Assembly: GCA_048882485.1 (NCBI GenBank) | Contig: JBHLRP010000012.1 | Location: 1 to 64,000, forward strand | Reading direction: 5' to 3' | Length of the DNA stretch: 64,000 bases | Origin: Candidatus Thorarchaeota archaeon | Lineage (GTDB): Archaea; Asgardarchaeota; Thorarchaeia; Thorarchaeales; Thorarchaeaceae | Shown: positions 9,212 to 18,481 of the stretch, in pieces | How positions within the stretch are numbered: the stretch's first letter is position 1 | Layout of the letters: each line of letters starts with the position of its first letter | Position numbers and translations under genes: made by a program | The notes under the pieces: generated by a model | The model's database searches: none | Told to the model about the DNA's origin: nothing | The model's input: the letters and a program-made list of their open reading frames with translations, nothing else

Positions 9212-10609
9212 TTGCAGGAAGCCATAGCATCTGAGATACTGTTCTTGATTGGAGCAGCTATAGTCTTCTCATTCGGCGGAGCAGTGATTATGAGGAAGCT
9301 GGGTATTCCCCAGACTCTTGGTTTCATGCTTGTTGGAATTGCGCTGGGTATTTTCGGAATTGCAACTGAAGAATTGGTACATAGTCTTAGACTAATTGTT
9401 TCTCTGGCGCTGGGACTGATAGGTTATAACATTGGACACGAACTGAGAAGTGATGAGTTAGAGGGACGTATCCGCAAGCTTGCGGTTATCGTGATATTTG
9501 AAGCAACAGCTGCATTTCTTCTTGTGGCCATTGTTACTTACATCGTCGTTCAGCAATGGCATGTTGCCTTGTTACTCGGTGCTCTCGCAAGTGCAACTGC
9601 CCCTGCTGCAACGGCTGATGTTGTGTGGGAACACGAATCAGAAGGCGAACTCTCGTCATCTCTTATGTTTGTACTGGCAGCTGATGATATTGCCGCGGTC
9701 ATTCTTGTAAACTCCGCCATGTCCTACGCGCTCTGGATATTCATCCCAGATACAACGACACTGTTGGAGGTCATTCTTGTCCCTCTTGTCGAGATTGGTG
9801 TTGCCGCTGCATTGGGCGCTGTATTCGCTTTTGTGTTTCTAAGGTTCGTGAATAGAGAACGAGATCGAGGAAAACTCCTTGAACTTGAACTAGGACTAGT
9901 CATCTTCCTGATTGGACTATCGCTTGTCCTCGGAGTCAGCGAGATTTTCTCCTGTATTGTTTTCGGCTTCCTTGTCGGCAAATACATCGACCCTGACAAG
10001 GAGCCAGTCCCTGTGCTCGTTGAGAGAATTATGTCGCCTATTGTTATGATATTCTTCGTTCTAGTTGGAGCTAGGATGGCTCACTTGCTCTCAGTTCAGG
10101 CAACATTGGCATTGATAGTAACAACCGCGATACTATATCTTGCAGGCCGTACGATAGCCAAATACTTTGGCGCCCGAATTGGAGCAATAATTGTGGGTGA
10201 AAGCGAAAAAATACGGAAATATCTCGGTTCCAGTCTGTTCTGCCAAGCTGGTGTTGCCCTTGGCCTCTCATTCCTTGTCGAGGAAACCTTCGTTTCTCTT
10301 GGCGGAGAGGCTGCTTCTATTGGTGCATTGATACTAGGAGTAGTTGCGGTTTCGACCATAGTTCTTGAAGCTGTCGGTCCTATTGCTGTGAAGCATAGTC
10401 TCAGGCAAGCCGGTGAGCTCCCAGAAGGTGAAGAATATCTTGAGCCTCATGAGATCACTACGATTGCCAGATGTGGTGTAGACTTCATCAATTGCAAGCA
10501 GATTGAGCAGCTGTGCAAAGATTGCCCTCAATGCGAAGAAATGGCTGATGAGGATGAATTGCCAGAGGAGCCCTCAGACTCCACCGGAGAGGGCTGGTTT
10601 GCGGACTAG
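9212..10609 (+). CDS. Cation:proton antiporter (CPA2-like) with Cys-rich acidic C-terminal tail
   Basis: About 12 TM; SATAPAAT, AADD, FFVLVGA, QAGVALGL motifs. Confidence 0.88.
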   Translation: MQEAIASEILFLIGAAIVFSFGGAVIMRKLGIPQTLGFMLVGIALGIFGIATEELVHSLRLIVSLALGLIGYNIGHELRSDELEGRIRKLAVIVIFEATAAFLLVAIVTYIVVQQWHVALLLGALASATAPAATADVVWEHESEGELSSSLMFVLAADDIAAVILVNSAMSYALWIFIPDTTTLLEVILVPLVEIGVAAALGAVFAFVFLRFVNRERDRGKLLELELGLVIFLIGLSLVLGVSEIFSCIVFGFLVGKYIDPDKEPVPVLVERIMSPIVMIFFVLVGARMAHLLSVQATLALIVTTAILYLAGRTIAKYFGARIGAIIVGESEKIRKYLGSSLFCQAGVALGLSFLVEETFVSLGGEAASIGALILGVVAVSTIVLEAVGPIAVKHSLRQAGELPEGEEYLEPHEITTIARCGVDFINCKQIEQLCKDCPQCEEMADEDELPEEPSDSTGEGWFAD

Positions 10610-10640
10610 TTATCAGGACGAAAAGAAGTCCAACTGAACT

Positions 10641-10934
10641 ATGTCTGAACGAAATTGTATTCGAGATGAGTCCTGGCACATACTCTGTAGAGTTGTGAAG
10701 CAGGAAGGAACTTGTGGAGCAGGTCACAAAATCGGTGATGAGATATTATTCACAGGGGATGAAGTCAAAGGGAAACTTTGTTTCAGCGCCTTATACTCAA
10801 TGGTCCCGAAAGTCTACGCAATGATGTACAACGCACGTTTTCCATGGCTGAAAGACCAATGTGTGGCGACTCATGCGTGTCCGGATGGATTCAATCCTGT
10901 CATGTTCGAGCTAATTAGAAAGGAACCAGAATAA
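10641..10934 (+). CDS. TIGR04076-like small Cys-containing protein
   Basis: GTCGAGHKIGDE..LCFSAL..ACPDG..V.FEL pattern. Confidence 0.8.
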   Translation: MSERNCIRDESWHILCRVVKQEGTCGAGHKIGDEILFTGDEVKGKLCFSALYSMVPKVYAMMYNARFPWLKDQCVATHACPDGFNPVMFELIRKEPE

Positions 10935-10945
10935 CGAATTATGCC

Positions 10946-11308
10946 CTACAATTCATCCATTGGTGTCTCATCGTATTCTTCTTGAGAGTCATCTCTCAAT
11001 GGAGCGAAAGCCCCTTTCATGTCTTCAAGGACTGCATCAGGATCGGGCCTATTACTCATAATTGTGATAGACCTTCCGTACCACCCGCAATCAAGACAGT
11101 AGAAGGCAGGCTGGAAGCTCCCGATGTATCCCAAATCATAGTACGATGTCAAATCAACTAATCTTGGACTCTTGCAGTTGGGACATATAGGAATGTCTGC
11201 GGATATTCCTCGACGTTTAAACTCGTCAAGAGCTTCTCTGACCGCTTTCATCCTCTTCAGCTCTTCAAGTTCCTTTCTCGAAAGCTGACCAGATTCCTGC
11301 CTTTCCAT
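10946..11308 (-). CDS. Small zinc-ribbon protein
   Basis: CPNC...CLDCGW. Confidence 0.75.
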   Translation of the reverse strand: MERQESGQLSRKELEELKRMKAVREALDEFKRRGISADIPICPNCKSPRLVDLTSYYDLGYIGSFQPAFYCLDCGWYGRSITIMSNRPDPDAVLEDMKGAFAPLRDDSQEEYDETPMDEL

Positions 11309-11376
11309 GGAGTGAGCCTCAAGTTAATGCCGATTGATTCGCTTTTACACATTATGTTGGATGCGCTGATGTACTA

Positions 11377-11814
11377 TCACCAGAATATGGTATATGCTAA
11401 AACGCCCAAAGCAAATGTGGCAATCCAGAGGATGAGGATTAGTATCATCAATGGTCTTGTACGTTTTAGTAGTTTCAGTGGCATATCCCTTCTCACGACA
11501 AACACAGCAGACACAATGATACTCAGTGCTACTGCAATGAGACCGAGTGTGTCATGAAGAATCTGATGCCAGCTATTAGCAAAATCATCAAAGTAGCCGA
11601 ATGATGCCAAGTTGATAGCTTGAGGTATCATCCACAAGCCGACAATCAATGAGTTGACCAAGACAATCGAATATATCGCCCTATGATGGACTCTGATGTC
11701 CAGCCTACGTGCCCCATAAAGCCACCCAATAAGAAGCACTATGATCATCAGAACCTCTATTATCAATGCACTTGTTGCGACTACATACGGGTCTATTTGC
11801 ATCAGATTATTCAC
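11377..11814 (-). CDS. 4-TM membrane protein (DUF420/cytochrome b561-like His pattern)
   Basis: Four hydrophobic helices with HH and H..LH; overlaps upstream gene by 8 nt. Confidence 0.7.
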   Translation of the reverse strand: MNNLMQIDPYVVATSALIIEVLMIIVLLIGWLYGARRLDIRVHHRAIYSIVLVNSLIVGLWMIPQAINLASFGYFDDFANSWHQILHDTLGLIAVALSIIVSAVFVVRRDMPLKLLKRTRPLMILILILWIATFALGVLAYTIFW

Positions 11815-12562
11815 CGCCCTTTGATACTATTTTGCTGACACTACCGCTGATAGTGAATGTGCTGGATTCAAGATTGGTTTCCTTACCTTCGTGTGCTGCA
11901 ACGATTGCTGAGGCTATCATTCCCCAGGGGCAAAATCTTACGTGGAGGCTTCGATACGCATCGGAGTCATGGATTCTGGAAAACTCACACTTGTTTGCAG
12001 CAACAGTAATGCCATCTTTACCAACGCTCACTCGCGCATATTTAACAAAGCCATGCTCCTTCAGGAACTGGGCATAAGACTGAAGCTTCTCCTGCAATGG
12101 AATATTGGGATCCATCAGTTCCATTGGCAGGTATGCTGACAGAATGTCAGCAACTCTTGTGAACATGTAATTCTTGATGGCTGACTCACCGAGTATCTTG
12201 ATGAAGACGCTTTCATACCCAAAGATAGCCGCTCTGAGTTTCCATATGTCCTCCATAATTAGCTGGTGGGCTGAACCCTGTGCCCGTGCATCATCGACTT
12301 TCCGTTTGAAGTCCTTCAGAAACCTATCGAGCTCGCTTACAAGCTCATTGGCGTTGCTTCTCTCTGAGAATATCTCAGGAAGGAATTCTCTTACATAGTA
12401 GACCATCCTAGGCAAAACATGTTCCTCGAGCACATTGGGCCCAATCAGTTCCGTTCCAACTGCTTCATAAGAGTCCAGAATGCCCATGTAAAGGAAAACC
12501 GCATCAAGGGCACCAGCACCCTTGCCCATGAATAGATCCTTCGACATTGTTGCATCCGCCAT
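11807..12562 (-). CDS. V4R/Bet3-like (methanogen output domain-like) protein with duplicated helical N-terminus
   Basis: C-terminal ITVAANKCEFSRIH..FCPWGMIASAIVAA..T.LESSTFT..GS.SKI fits the V4R/MetOD1 pattern. Confidence 0.65.
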   Translation of the reverse strand: MADATMSKDLFMGKGAGALDAVFLYMGILDSYEAVGTELIGPNVLEEHVLPRMVYYVREFLPEIFSERSNANELVSELDRFLKDFKRKVDDARAQGSAHQLIMEDIWKLRAAIFGYESVFIKILGESAIKNYMFTRVADILSAYLPMELMDPNIPLQEKLQSYAQFLKEHGFVKYARVSVGKDGITVAANKCEFSRIHDSDAYRSLHVRFCPWGMIASAIVAAHEGKETNLESSTFTISGSVSKIVSKGGE

Positions 12563-12621
12563 TGATCAGCTGATTACATCACCAGTGAAATGGCACTAAA
12601 AACAGTTCCCTTCAGAGGGAA

Positions 12622-13650
12622 TCATAAGTGTTGCAGAACTTCTAACGTCATCTTATCAGAGCTAGTCCTTCTTAACCTAAGCTCTTTCACCGGTTTGCCC
12701 TTTGTGATGACCTCGAAGCCCTCGAAGCTTCTCCGCGTCACCGACTTGAAGAAACCATCAAGATTGTTTGCTAGTGTAGATACAAATACTGTGCTTACAG
12801 AGGGAAGCCTAGAACCTTCTTCCTGAATCATGGTGCCATCATTTTTGAATACTGCTCTGCTTAGCACAGTTGGAGACGGACTCAAGGCAGCCAACGAACT
12901 GGTGGAAGCATGATAACAGACATTCGCAGCCGCATTCAAGACATCTTCTTTGGATGTTTTCATCGCGCCGCTAGTAACACTGAGGAGGTTTCCACTCCAG
13001 CAAGATGCAACAACATAGCCTGATGTGTGAATTGTGAAGTAGTTGTAACTCTCAGCGACTTCAAGTTTTGAGAGTGTTCTAAGTAATGTTGAGTGTGCCA
13101 GTAGAAACTCTCTGACCTGGTCTTCTCTGAAGAGCGGCTTTGGTCTAGCGAATTGAGCAACAACTTCTTTGCTCTCTGAGTCGAGAAGAAATGCAAGAGA
13201 AATATCGGTTCTACTTGCTAGTACTTCGTTTATGTATGCATCTAGATACTCAGTACCAAAGAGTTGGGCTGAGAGATTCCCAATGCGATTTCTAAATTCC
13301 TCCTTCAGTTCCGGCTCAAGCTGAATTCCCGTTCTGGGGATGTCAAACTCTTCTATAATCTCCTGAGCTCTCTCTAACGCCTCTCTAGCAACGCGTTCAG
13401 ATGCGCGTCTATCGAAAACCCCTACTGTGACTAGGCCCGATTCGGGATTAGAAACGAATAAGATGTACTCTGTTTCTGTCGAGAGCGAATCGACAACTTC
13501 TGCTCTAGTTTCTCTGCTGAAGTCCCGTATTGCACTCATGAAACCGGATGAAAGCAGCGCCTGATCGCTCTCACTTGCGGTCTGGTCTTCGCTGTAGTGA
13601 AGAAGCAAGATGCCGCTATCAATGACAAATACTTCCTTCAGCATGGGCAC
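12622..13650 (-). CDS. Longin domain protein with additional longin/roadblock-like domains
   Basis: EVFVIDSGILLLHY..DQALLSSGFMSAIRDFS..ILFV..LVTVGVFD is the Asgard longin pattern; two further beta-alpha-beta modules follow. Confidence 0.75.
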   Translation of the reverse strand: MPMLKEVFVIDSGILLLHYSEDQTASESDQALLSSGFMSAIRDFSRETRAEVVDSLSTETEYILFVSNPESGLVTVGVFDRRASERVAREALERAQEIIEEFDIPRTGIQLEPELKEEFRNRIGNLSAQLFGTEYLDAYINEVLASRTDISLAFLLDSESKEVVAQFARPKPLFREDQVREFLLAHSTLLRTLSKLEVAESYNYFTIHTSGYVVASCWSGNLLSVTSGAMKTSKEDVLNAAANVCYHASTSSLAALSPSPTVLSRAVFKNDGTMIQEEGSRLPSVSTVFVSTLANNLDGFFKSVTRRSFEGFEVITKGKPVKELRLRRTSSDKMTLEVLQHL

Positions 13651-13717
13651 AGGCCTCTCCGATTCACCTCTTGCTCTAGGGCACCAACAGATAAATCAGC
13701 TGGGGTCATAGGCTTCC

Positions 13718-14221
13718 ATGATGACCTTGGAAGTTGTAGAACTAATGCACAGCATGGCGCAACGGACTCGGGTTTGGCGTGAACGTGCCATCAAGGGCTA
13801 TCAAAAATTCGGCAGTGATGACTTGGGATACCGTCCAGATTCAGGTATGTCATCTTTTGGGTGGCTATTGGCTCACCAGGCGGCAGTGTATGATTATTCT
13901 CTCAATGTGCTGATCAAGGGTGGGTCTCCCAAGAATCCTGATTTGTTCAAAATGCACACTCCTGGAACAGATGGGGATTGGACAGGGGTCTCTTTGAAGG
14001 ACATTGAGGACTACTACACCTCGAGCGAGGAGGACCTCCTGGCATATGTGAGGGATGCTAACGATGAACAGCTGGTTTTAGTGCCTGAGCATGACATGCC
14101 GGCACCATTCAGAGGAATGCGTGTCATTGATCTAATAGCTAACACATTCGCTCATTTGGGCCATCACAACGGACATCTAAACACGATTGTGCAAGAATTG
14201 GCGAAAAAGACCATGAAATGA
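13718..14221 (+). CDS. DinB/YfiT-like four-helix protein
   Basis: SFGWLLAHQA and HLGHHNGHL metal-binding His motifs. Confidence 0.85.
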   Translation: MMTLEVVELMHSMAQRTRVWRERAIKGYQKFGSDDLGYRPDSGMSSFGWLLAHQAAVYDYSLNVLIKGGSPKNPDLFKMHTPGTDGDWTGVSLKDIEDYYTSSEEDLLAYVRDANDEQLVLVPEHDMPAPFRGMRVIDLIANTFAHLGHHNGHLNTIVQELAKKTMK

Positions 14222-14232
14222 CTTCTTAAGGA

Positions 14233-14757
14233 ATGTCAGCAAGACCAGGTTGGGTTGAACCAATGAGCCGCGCCGACAGCTTTGGCAAACGCATCGACGT
14301 GGTTCTTGTCATATTATCAATCATAATTCTCTCTGCAGCGCTCTGGATTTGGATTATCGCTCTTCCAATTTCTCGGGAAACAGTGATCCTAGCTACCACG
14401 ATTGCCTTAGTGATATCACTCATCCTTGTTCTCAATGCCGCAGTACTTGTTGTGCTCAGACTCCAACGTCGAGTATCTCAACTAGAAGATGCAATTGCTA
14501 CCATGCCTGAGGATGCAGAACCAGCTTCGGAAGACCCAGTAGTTGTGGTGACCCTCTCCAACACAGAACGACGGATAATCAATAGACTGGAGGAAAACGA
14601 TGGTTTCATGGCTCAGGATGAGCTGAGGCGAGTTACCGGTCTCAGTAAATCCACCCTCAGTGTAGCCCTCTCCGGTCTTGAGAGAAAGTCGTTAGTGACT
14701 CGAGAAGCAAGTGGAAGAACTAAGATTGTCCGCCTGAGTAGAAAAGTTGCACGTTGA
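14233..14757 (+). CDS. Membrane-anchored winged-helix transcription regulator
   Basis: 2 N-terminal TM, then LSNTERRIINRL..G.MAQDEL..TGLSKSTLS..L..LERK.LV.RE..GRTKIV. Confidence 0.85.
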   Translation: MSARPGWVEPMSRADSFGKRIDVVLVILSIIILSAALWIWIIALPISRETVILATTIALVISLILVLNAAVLVVLRLQRRVSQLEDAIATMPEDAEPASEDPVVVVTLSNTERRIINRLEENDGFMAQDELRRVTGLSKSTLSVALSGLERKSLVTREASGRTKIVRLSRKVAR

Positions 14758-14844
14758 CCCTTAACACTCTTGGAACGATTCAGAGCCCTATCAAGCCTGT
14801 TTTGCTGTTTTAGGGGCAAATAACCGTGGAATTGCAATCCCTAT

Positions 14845-14876
14845 TGAACAGTTCACTGAAAACCTCTATTATTACT
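14845..14876 (+). promoter_or_regulatory. Palindromic operator TGAAC-A-GTTCA just upstream of a BRE/TATA-like element
   Basis: Perfect palindrome at 14845-14855 followed by gaaaacctctattattac. Confidence 0.45.
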
Positions 14877-14902
14877 TGGGATTACTTTTGACCTAGCAAT
14901 CT

Positions 14903-16717
14903 TTGAGGCACAGCACAATGAGCGCCACAATGAAACTACTTGCCACGGGAGCCCTTCTCAGCATTTTCCTTGTTGGAGTTCTCCCTGTAGCGACAACAGC
15001 TTTCCCCTTTGGACCAACACAGATCGTAGCACCATTCGAGGAGATGCTGCCTGGAGTATATGTTGCATATGAATGGTGGAACGATAGTGGTCAAGATTGG
15101 GGAGAGGAGCTTTATCCTACATATCCAGCTGAACCGGGCCAGACTGAACCCGGTGATACAGGTTCTATTGTATGGAATGAAACTTACCCTGAACCTTTTC
15201 CCCCATATATGCCGTACATCTACGTTGAGGACGTTGACAACAATGTGTACTGGATTCAGGAGGACTATATCTATGACTACTCCTATAACTGGTCATTCTC
15301 TAACCTCCTTGTTGTAGTGGTCCTTGATCCGGATGCATCTTACATGTCTTGGCTGTCGGGAGTCAGATGGTTCGTTGAGCCCACAGCAACTGACATATGG
15401 GGATTGATGTGGTATCCAGAGCCTGAGGCACTGACGGGAGATGAGGTGTTCATTTATTCTACTTTCTATCTCTCAGAGTATAACTCGAGCTACTTCTATA
15501 GTGCTAACTATACTTGGTTTGATGACAACATGAATCCCGTTGACGCAAATGATATCATTCCAAACCTTAAGGAAGAATATTCCTGGGCTGCTTGGATGAA
15601 TGAATCATATGAGTACGACTATGAGGATTCTTTCACAGGCTATGGCTTTGACATCAGTGAGATGTTTAATGACGGCGAAACATCACAGTGGATGGATCAC
15701 TACTTCTCGGGTCTTTCTGCATTCAACGATACGAATGGGAACGGAATCATGGACATAGTATATGATCCAATTGAGGTGGACTATGACGAGGATGGCATTG
15801 TCGATTGGGTCTATTATGAGATGAATGAGACCGCATCTGAGCTAGTCTATGATTTCTACGCGGACTCAGCTGAACTCGGCAATGTCATTCTTCCCGAACT
15901 CAATGACGATAACCAGATCGAATGGAGTGCCGAGGTCGTCGATATAAAGGGCAATCTCTTGACTGCATATCCATACCCTGATCCAATCTGGTGTTTCTGC
16001 GGGTCTGAGGATGCGCCACCAGAAGATTTCGTGGAGCCAATAGCCGTTCCTACAGCTGTCGACCGATTGGAGATGGTCTACCGTTTTGAGGTGACAGATG
16101 AAGCTGCAGTTCTAAAGGTTGACCAGCACTTTGGAGACTTTACAAATCCGGAAACCGGAATCATTTTGCCTGAGGTGCAGGGTCTCAGTCTGGCAGCAAA
16201 GTATTGGAGTTCCTTCTCTAGCTACACGATTAGTGGAGCACTCTATGATGGAACTGATCTTTCTGCTAGCATGCCAGAGACCGAAGTAGCACCTGAAGGT
16301 ACAATCAGATTCGAGGAGGAAGTCGCGGGAGAAACCAACACTCGTACCACCGTGGAATTCGGAGGGACTTACCTCTGGGGTAAGGACGGCGGAACTTACG
16401 ATGTAGGAACCGCAATCATCCCTACGTATTTCTACATTCTACCCTTCATGGAGCAAGGCGCCCCAGCACCAGACCTTGCTTTTGGAGCCGATATGTGGTA
16501 TGCGCAGACCTACTACTATGCATCCTGCTATGCTGAGTGGGACGGGCACGCCATCACGCACGACCCAATCTTCAAAGTATTTCCATTCTCATCGCCAGGC
16601 CCAATCAGCACTCTCATCGGGCTGATCACGAACTCAGCAATCCTGATTGGCACAGTGGGAGTTGTAGCCATCGCGGTGATCTGCGTACGCGTCAACAATG
16701 AACGGAAGTCTTTCTAG
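14903..16717 (+). CDS. Secreted, C-terminally anchored acidic surface glycoprotein
   Basis: Signal peptide; Tyr/Asp/Glu-rich; Ca-loop-like DTNGNG and DYDEDG; HDP motif then TM and basic tail; ATG start probably 14918 or 14930. Confidence 0.8.
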   Translation: MRHSTMSATMKLLATGALLSIFLVGVLPVATTAFPFGPTQIVAPFEEMLPGVYVAYEWWNDSGQDWGEELYPTYPAEPGQTEPGDTGSIVWNETYPEPFPPYMPYIYVEDVDNNVYWIQEDYIYDYSYNWSFSNLLVVVVLDPDASYMSWLSGVRWFVEPTATDIWGLMWYPEPEALTGDEVFIYSTFYLSEYNSSYFYSANYTWFDDNMNPVDANDIIPNLKEEYSWAAWMNESYEYDYEDSFTGYGFDISEMFNDGETSQWMDHYFSGLSAFNDTNGNGIMDIVYDPIEVDYDEDGIVDWVYYEMNETASELVYDFYADSAELGNVILPELNDDNQIEWSAEVVDIKGNLLTAYPYPDPIWCFCGSEDAPPEDFVEPIAVPTAVDRLEMVYRFEVTDEAAVLKVDQHFGDFTNPETGIILPEVQGLSLAAKYWSSFSSYTISGALYDGTDLSASMPETEVAPEGTIRFEEEVAGETNTRTTVEFGGTYLWGKDGGTYDVGTAIIPTYFYILPFMEQGAPAPDLAFGADMWYAQTYYYASCYAEWDGHAITHDPIFKVFPFSSPGPISTLIGLITNSAILIGTVGVVAIAVICVRVNNERKSF

Positions 16718-16750
16718 GAGCGGGGAATCCCCGCTCCGCCTCTATTTTTG
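16717..16750 (+). terminator. GC hairpin terminator
   Basis: ggagcgggg-aat-ccccgctcc followed by tctattttt. Confidence 0.7.
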
Positions 16751-16751
16751 A

Positions 16752-17561
16752 TCACTTGAGCTTGGCTATGCATGAGTCAGCATAGATCTTTGCTTCGATA
16801 ATATTGCCTGGATTTCTATGAGAAACCTCAATGGTCAATGCTTTGTCATAGCCTTCCGCATGAAGAATCTGGACTGCTCTAGGAAGGTCGATCTCTCCAC
16901 ATCCCGGAACCAGATATTTCCGATTGCGATTCTCATCCACAAGACTGCCGTCACTATCTCGAAAATGAATATTGAAAATCAAGTCCTTGTAATCCTTCAC
17001 TATCTGGTTGATGTCAGTCTTATTGACATGCACAAATTCCAGATCGATGGTGGCGCCCAAAGGTCGTCCATCATTATTCGCAATGAGGTCTAATATGAAT
17101 CGGTCTACATCAGGCAGATATGGCACATTCTCAATAGTCAGCCTACAGTCCGACTCCTCGGCAAGATGTAGCAGTCTGTCAAGTCTAACTTTCCACTCAT
17201 TGCTCTCATCCATCATCACTCTGTCCGGTGGATGAAAGACAGCAACCTTGATTCCCAGTTCTTGAATAAAGGCGAAGACTACATCTGTGGATTTCTTGAA
17301 ATCATCGTCATCAAAGGCAACCAGGAACTTGGGCAGATGTATCGAATATGGATTGAGACCATAGTCCTCTATTGCATGCCGGAATGTCCTTCTGAGCCAT
17401 TCAGGCCTATCATCCATCCAGACTTCAATATTCTCATATCCCGCATCCTTTATTCTCGCGAGAGTATGTAATAGGCCCTGTAGGAGCTTCTCATTGGTGG
17501 ATGCTGAGCGCATTCCTCCAAGGACCGAGCAGGATACGAACACTTCATTCACCGTACACAA
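16752..17561 (-). CDS. Sugar phosphate isomerase/epimerase (xylose isomerase-like TIM barrel)
   Basis: SIHLP, VFHP, LTIENVP, IDLEF, IHFRD, PGCGEID, LTIEV. Confidence 0.85.
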   Translation of the reverse strand: MCTVNEVFVSCSVLGGMRSASTNEKLLQGLLHTLARIKDAGYENIEVWMDDRPEWLRRTFRHAIEDYGLNPYSIHLPKFLVAFDDDDFKKSTDVVFAFIQELGIKVAVFHPPDRVMMDESNEWKVRLDRLLHLAEESDCRLTIENVPYLPDVDRFILDLIANNDGRPLGATIDLEFVHVNKTDINQIVKDYKDLIFNIHFRDSDGSLVDENRNRKYLVPGCGEIDLPRAVQILHAEGYDKALTIEVSHRNPGNIIEAKIYADSCIAKLK

Positions 17562-17717
17562 ATGTCTACAATTCTCCAGCGCTAATTAGATTAGAGTTGT
17601 AGGAACTGACTGTTTCTTATCTAGAAACTAGACCCCATTATGCCGACATAGAACTCTTATATGGTTAATTATCGTTAATCCATACAATAGGGCTACGCAG
17701 CTGCATAGACAATTCTT

Positions 17718-18470
17718 TTGACTATCAGTCGCCTGCATTTGGGAGGAAAGATATTGAGTGAATATGAAGCACTGGGCCAAACGCTATCCGATCTTCTTGA
17801 CAGATATCGCGACCCTATGGGTAATGTGAACTATTTGGCACTGCTAGGGGACAAGGATATCGTGAAACATGCCGAGAATCTAGCTGACTTTGACTTCGAC
17901 TCCCTCAAGAGCAGAGAAGAGCGGCTGGCATTCTGGATCAACTCATACAACGCGCTGTCAATCTACGGAGTCGTCAAGAAGATTAAGTCTGACCCGGGGT
18001 TCATTAAGAAAGGAATAGGCAACTGGTTTGGAAGAGTTCGATTCTTTGCTCTACAGAAGTTCGATGTGGGAGGGAAATCCTTCACACTCCGTGCGATTGA
18101 GAACATGATGCGCAAGGAGTTTCAAGAACCTAGAATCCATTTCGCGTTGAACTGCTCCACACTTGGATGCCCAGTTCTCAAGGACGGACTTTATAGTGCG
18201 GAGAACATTGAAAACGAGTTAGAAGAAGCAGCAAGGCTCTATATTCGTAGCAGCCGTGGAAGCAGGATCGACAAGGACAAGAAGGAACTACATTTGAGTT
18301 TGATATTCAAATGGTATCGGGATGATTTCAAAGCAACAGGCAAGTCAGTGATTCAATATGTTGCAGATTACCTTCCATCTGACGATGCTGAGTATCTTCT
18401 TAACAACGAGAAGGTTATCAAAACGCGTTTCATAGAGTATGATTGGTCACTGAATAATTCAGACGGTTAG
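17718..18470 (+). CDS. DUF547 domain protein
   Basis: LAFWINSYNA, EPRIHFALNCSTLGCP, LSLIFKWYRDDF, YDWSLN; true start may be TTG about 17755. Confidence 0.9.
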   Translation: MTISRLHLGGKILSEYEALGQTLSDLLDRYRDPMGNVNYLALLGDKDIVKHAENLADFDFDSLKSREERLAFWINSYNALSIYGVVKKIKSDPGFIKKGIGNWFGRVRFFALQKFDVGGKSFTLRAIENMMRKEFQEPRIHFALNCSTLGCPVLKDGLYSAENIENELEEAARLYIRSSRGSRIDKDKKELHLSLIFKWYRDDFKATGKSVIQYVADYLPSDDAEYLLNNEKVIKTRFIEYDWSLNNSDG

Positions 18471-18481
18471 GAGTTGGTGAT

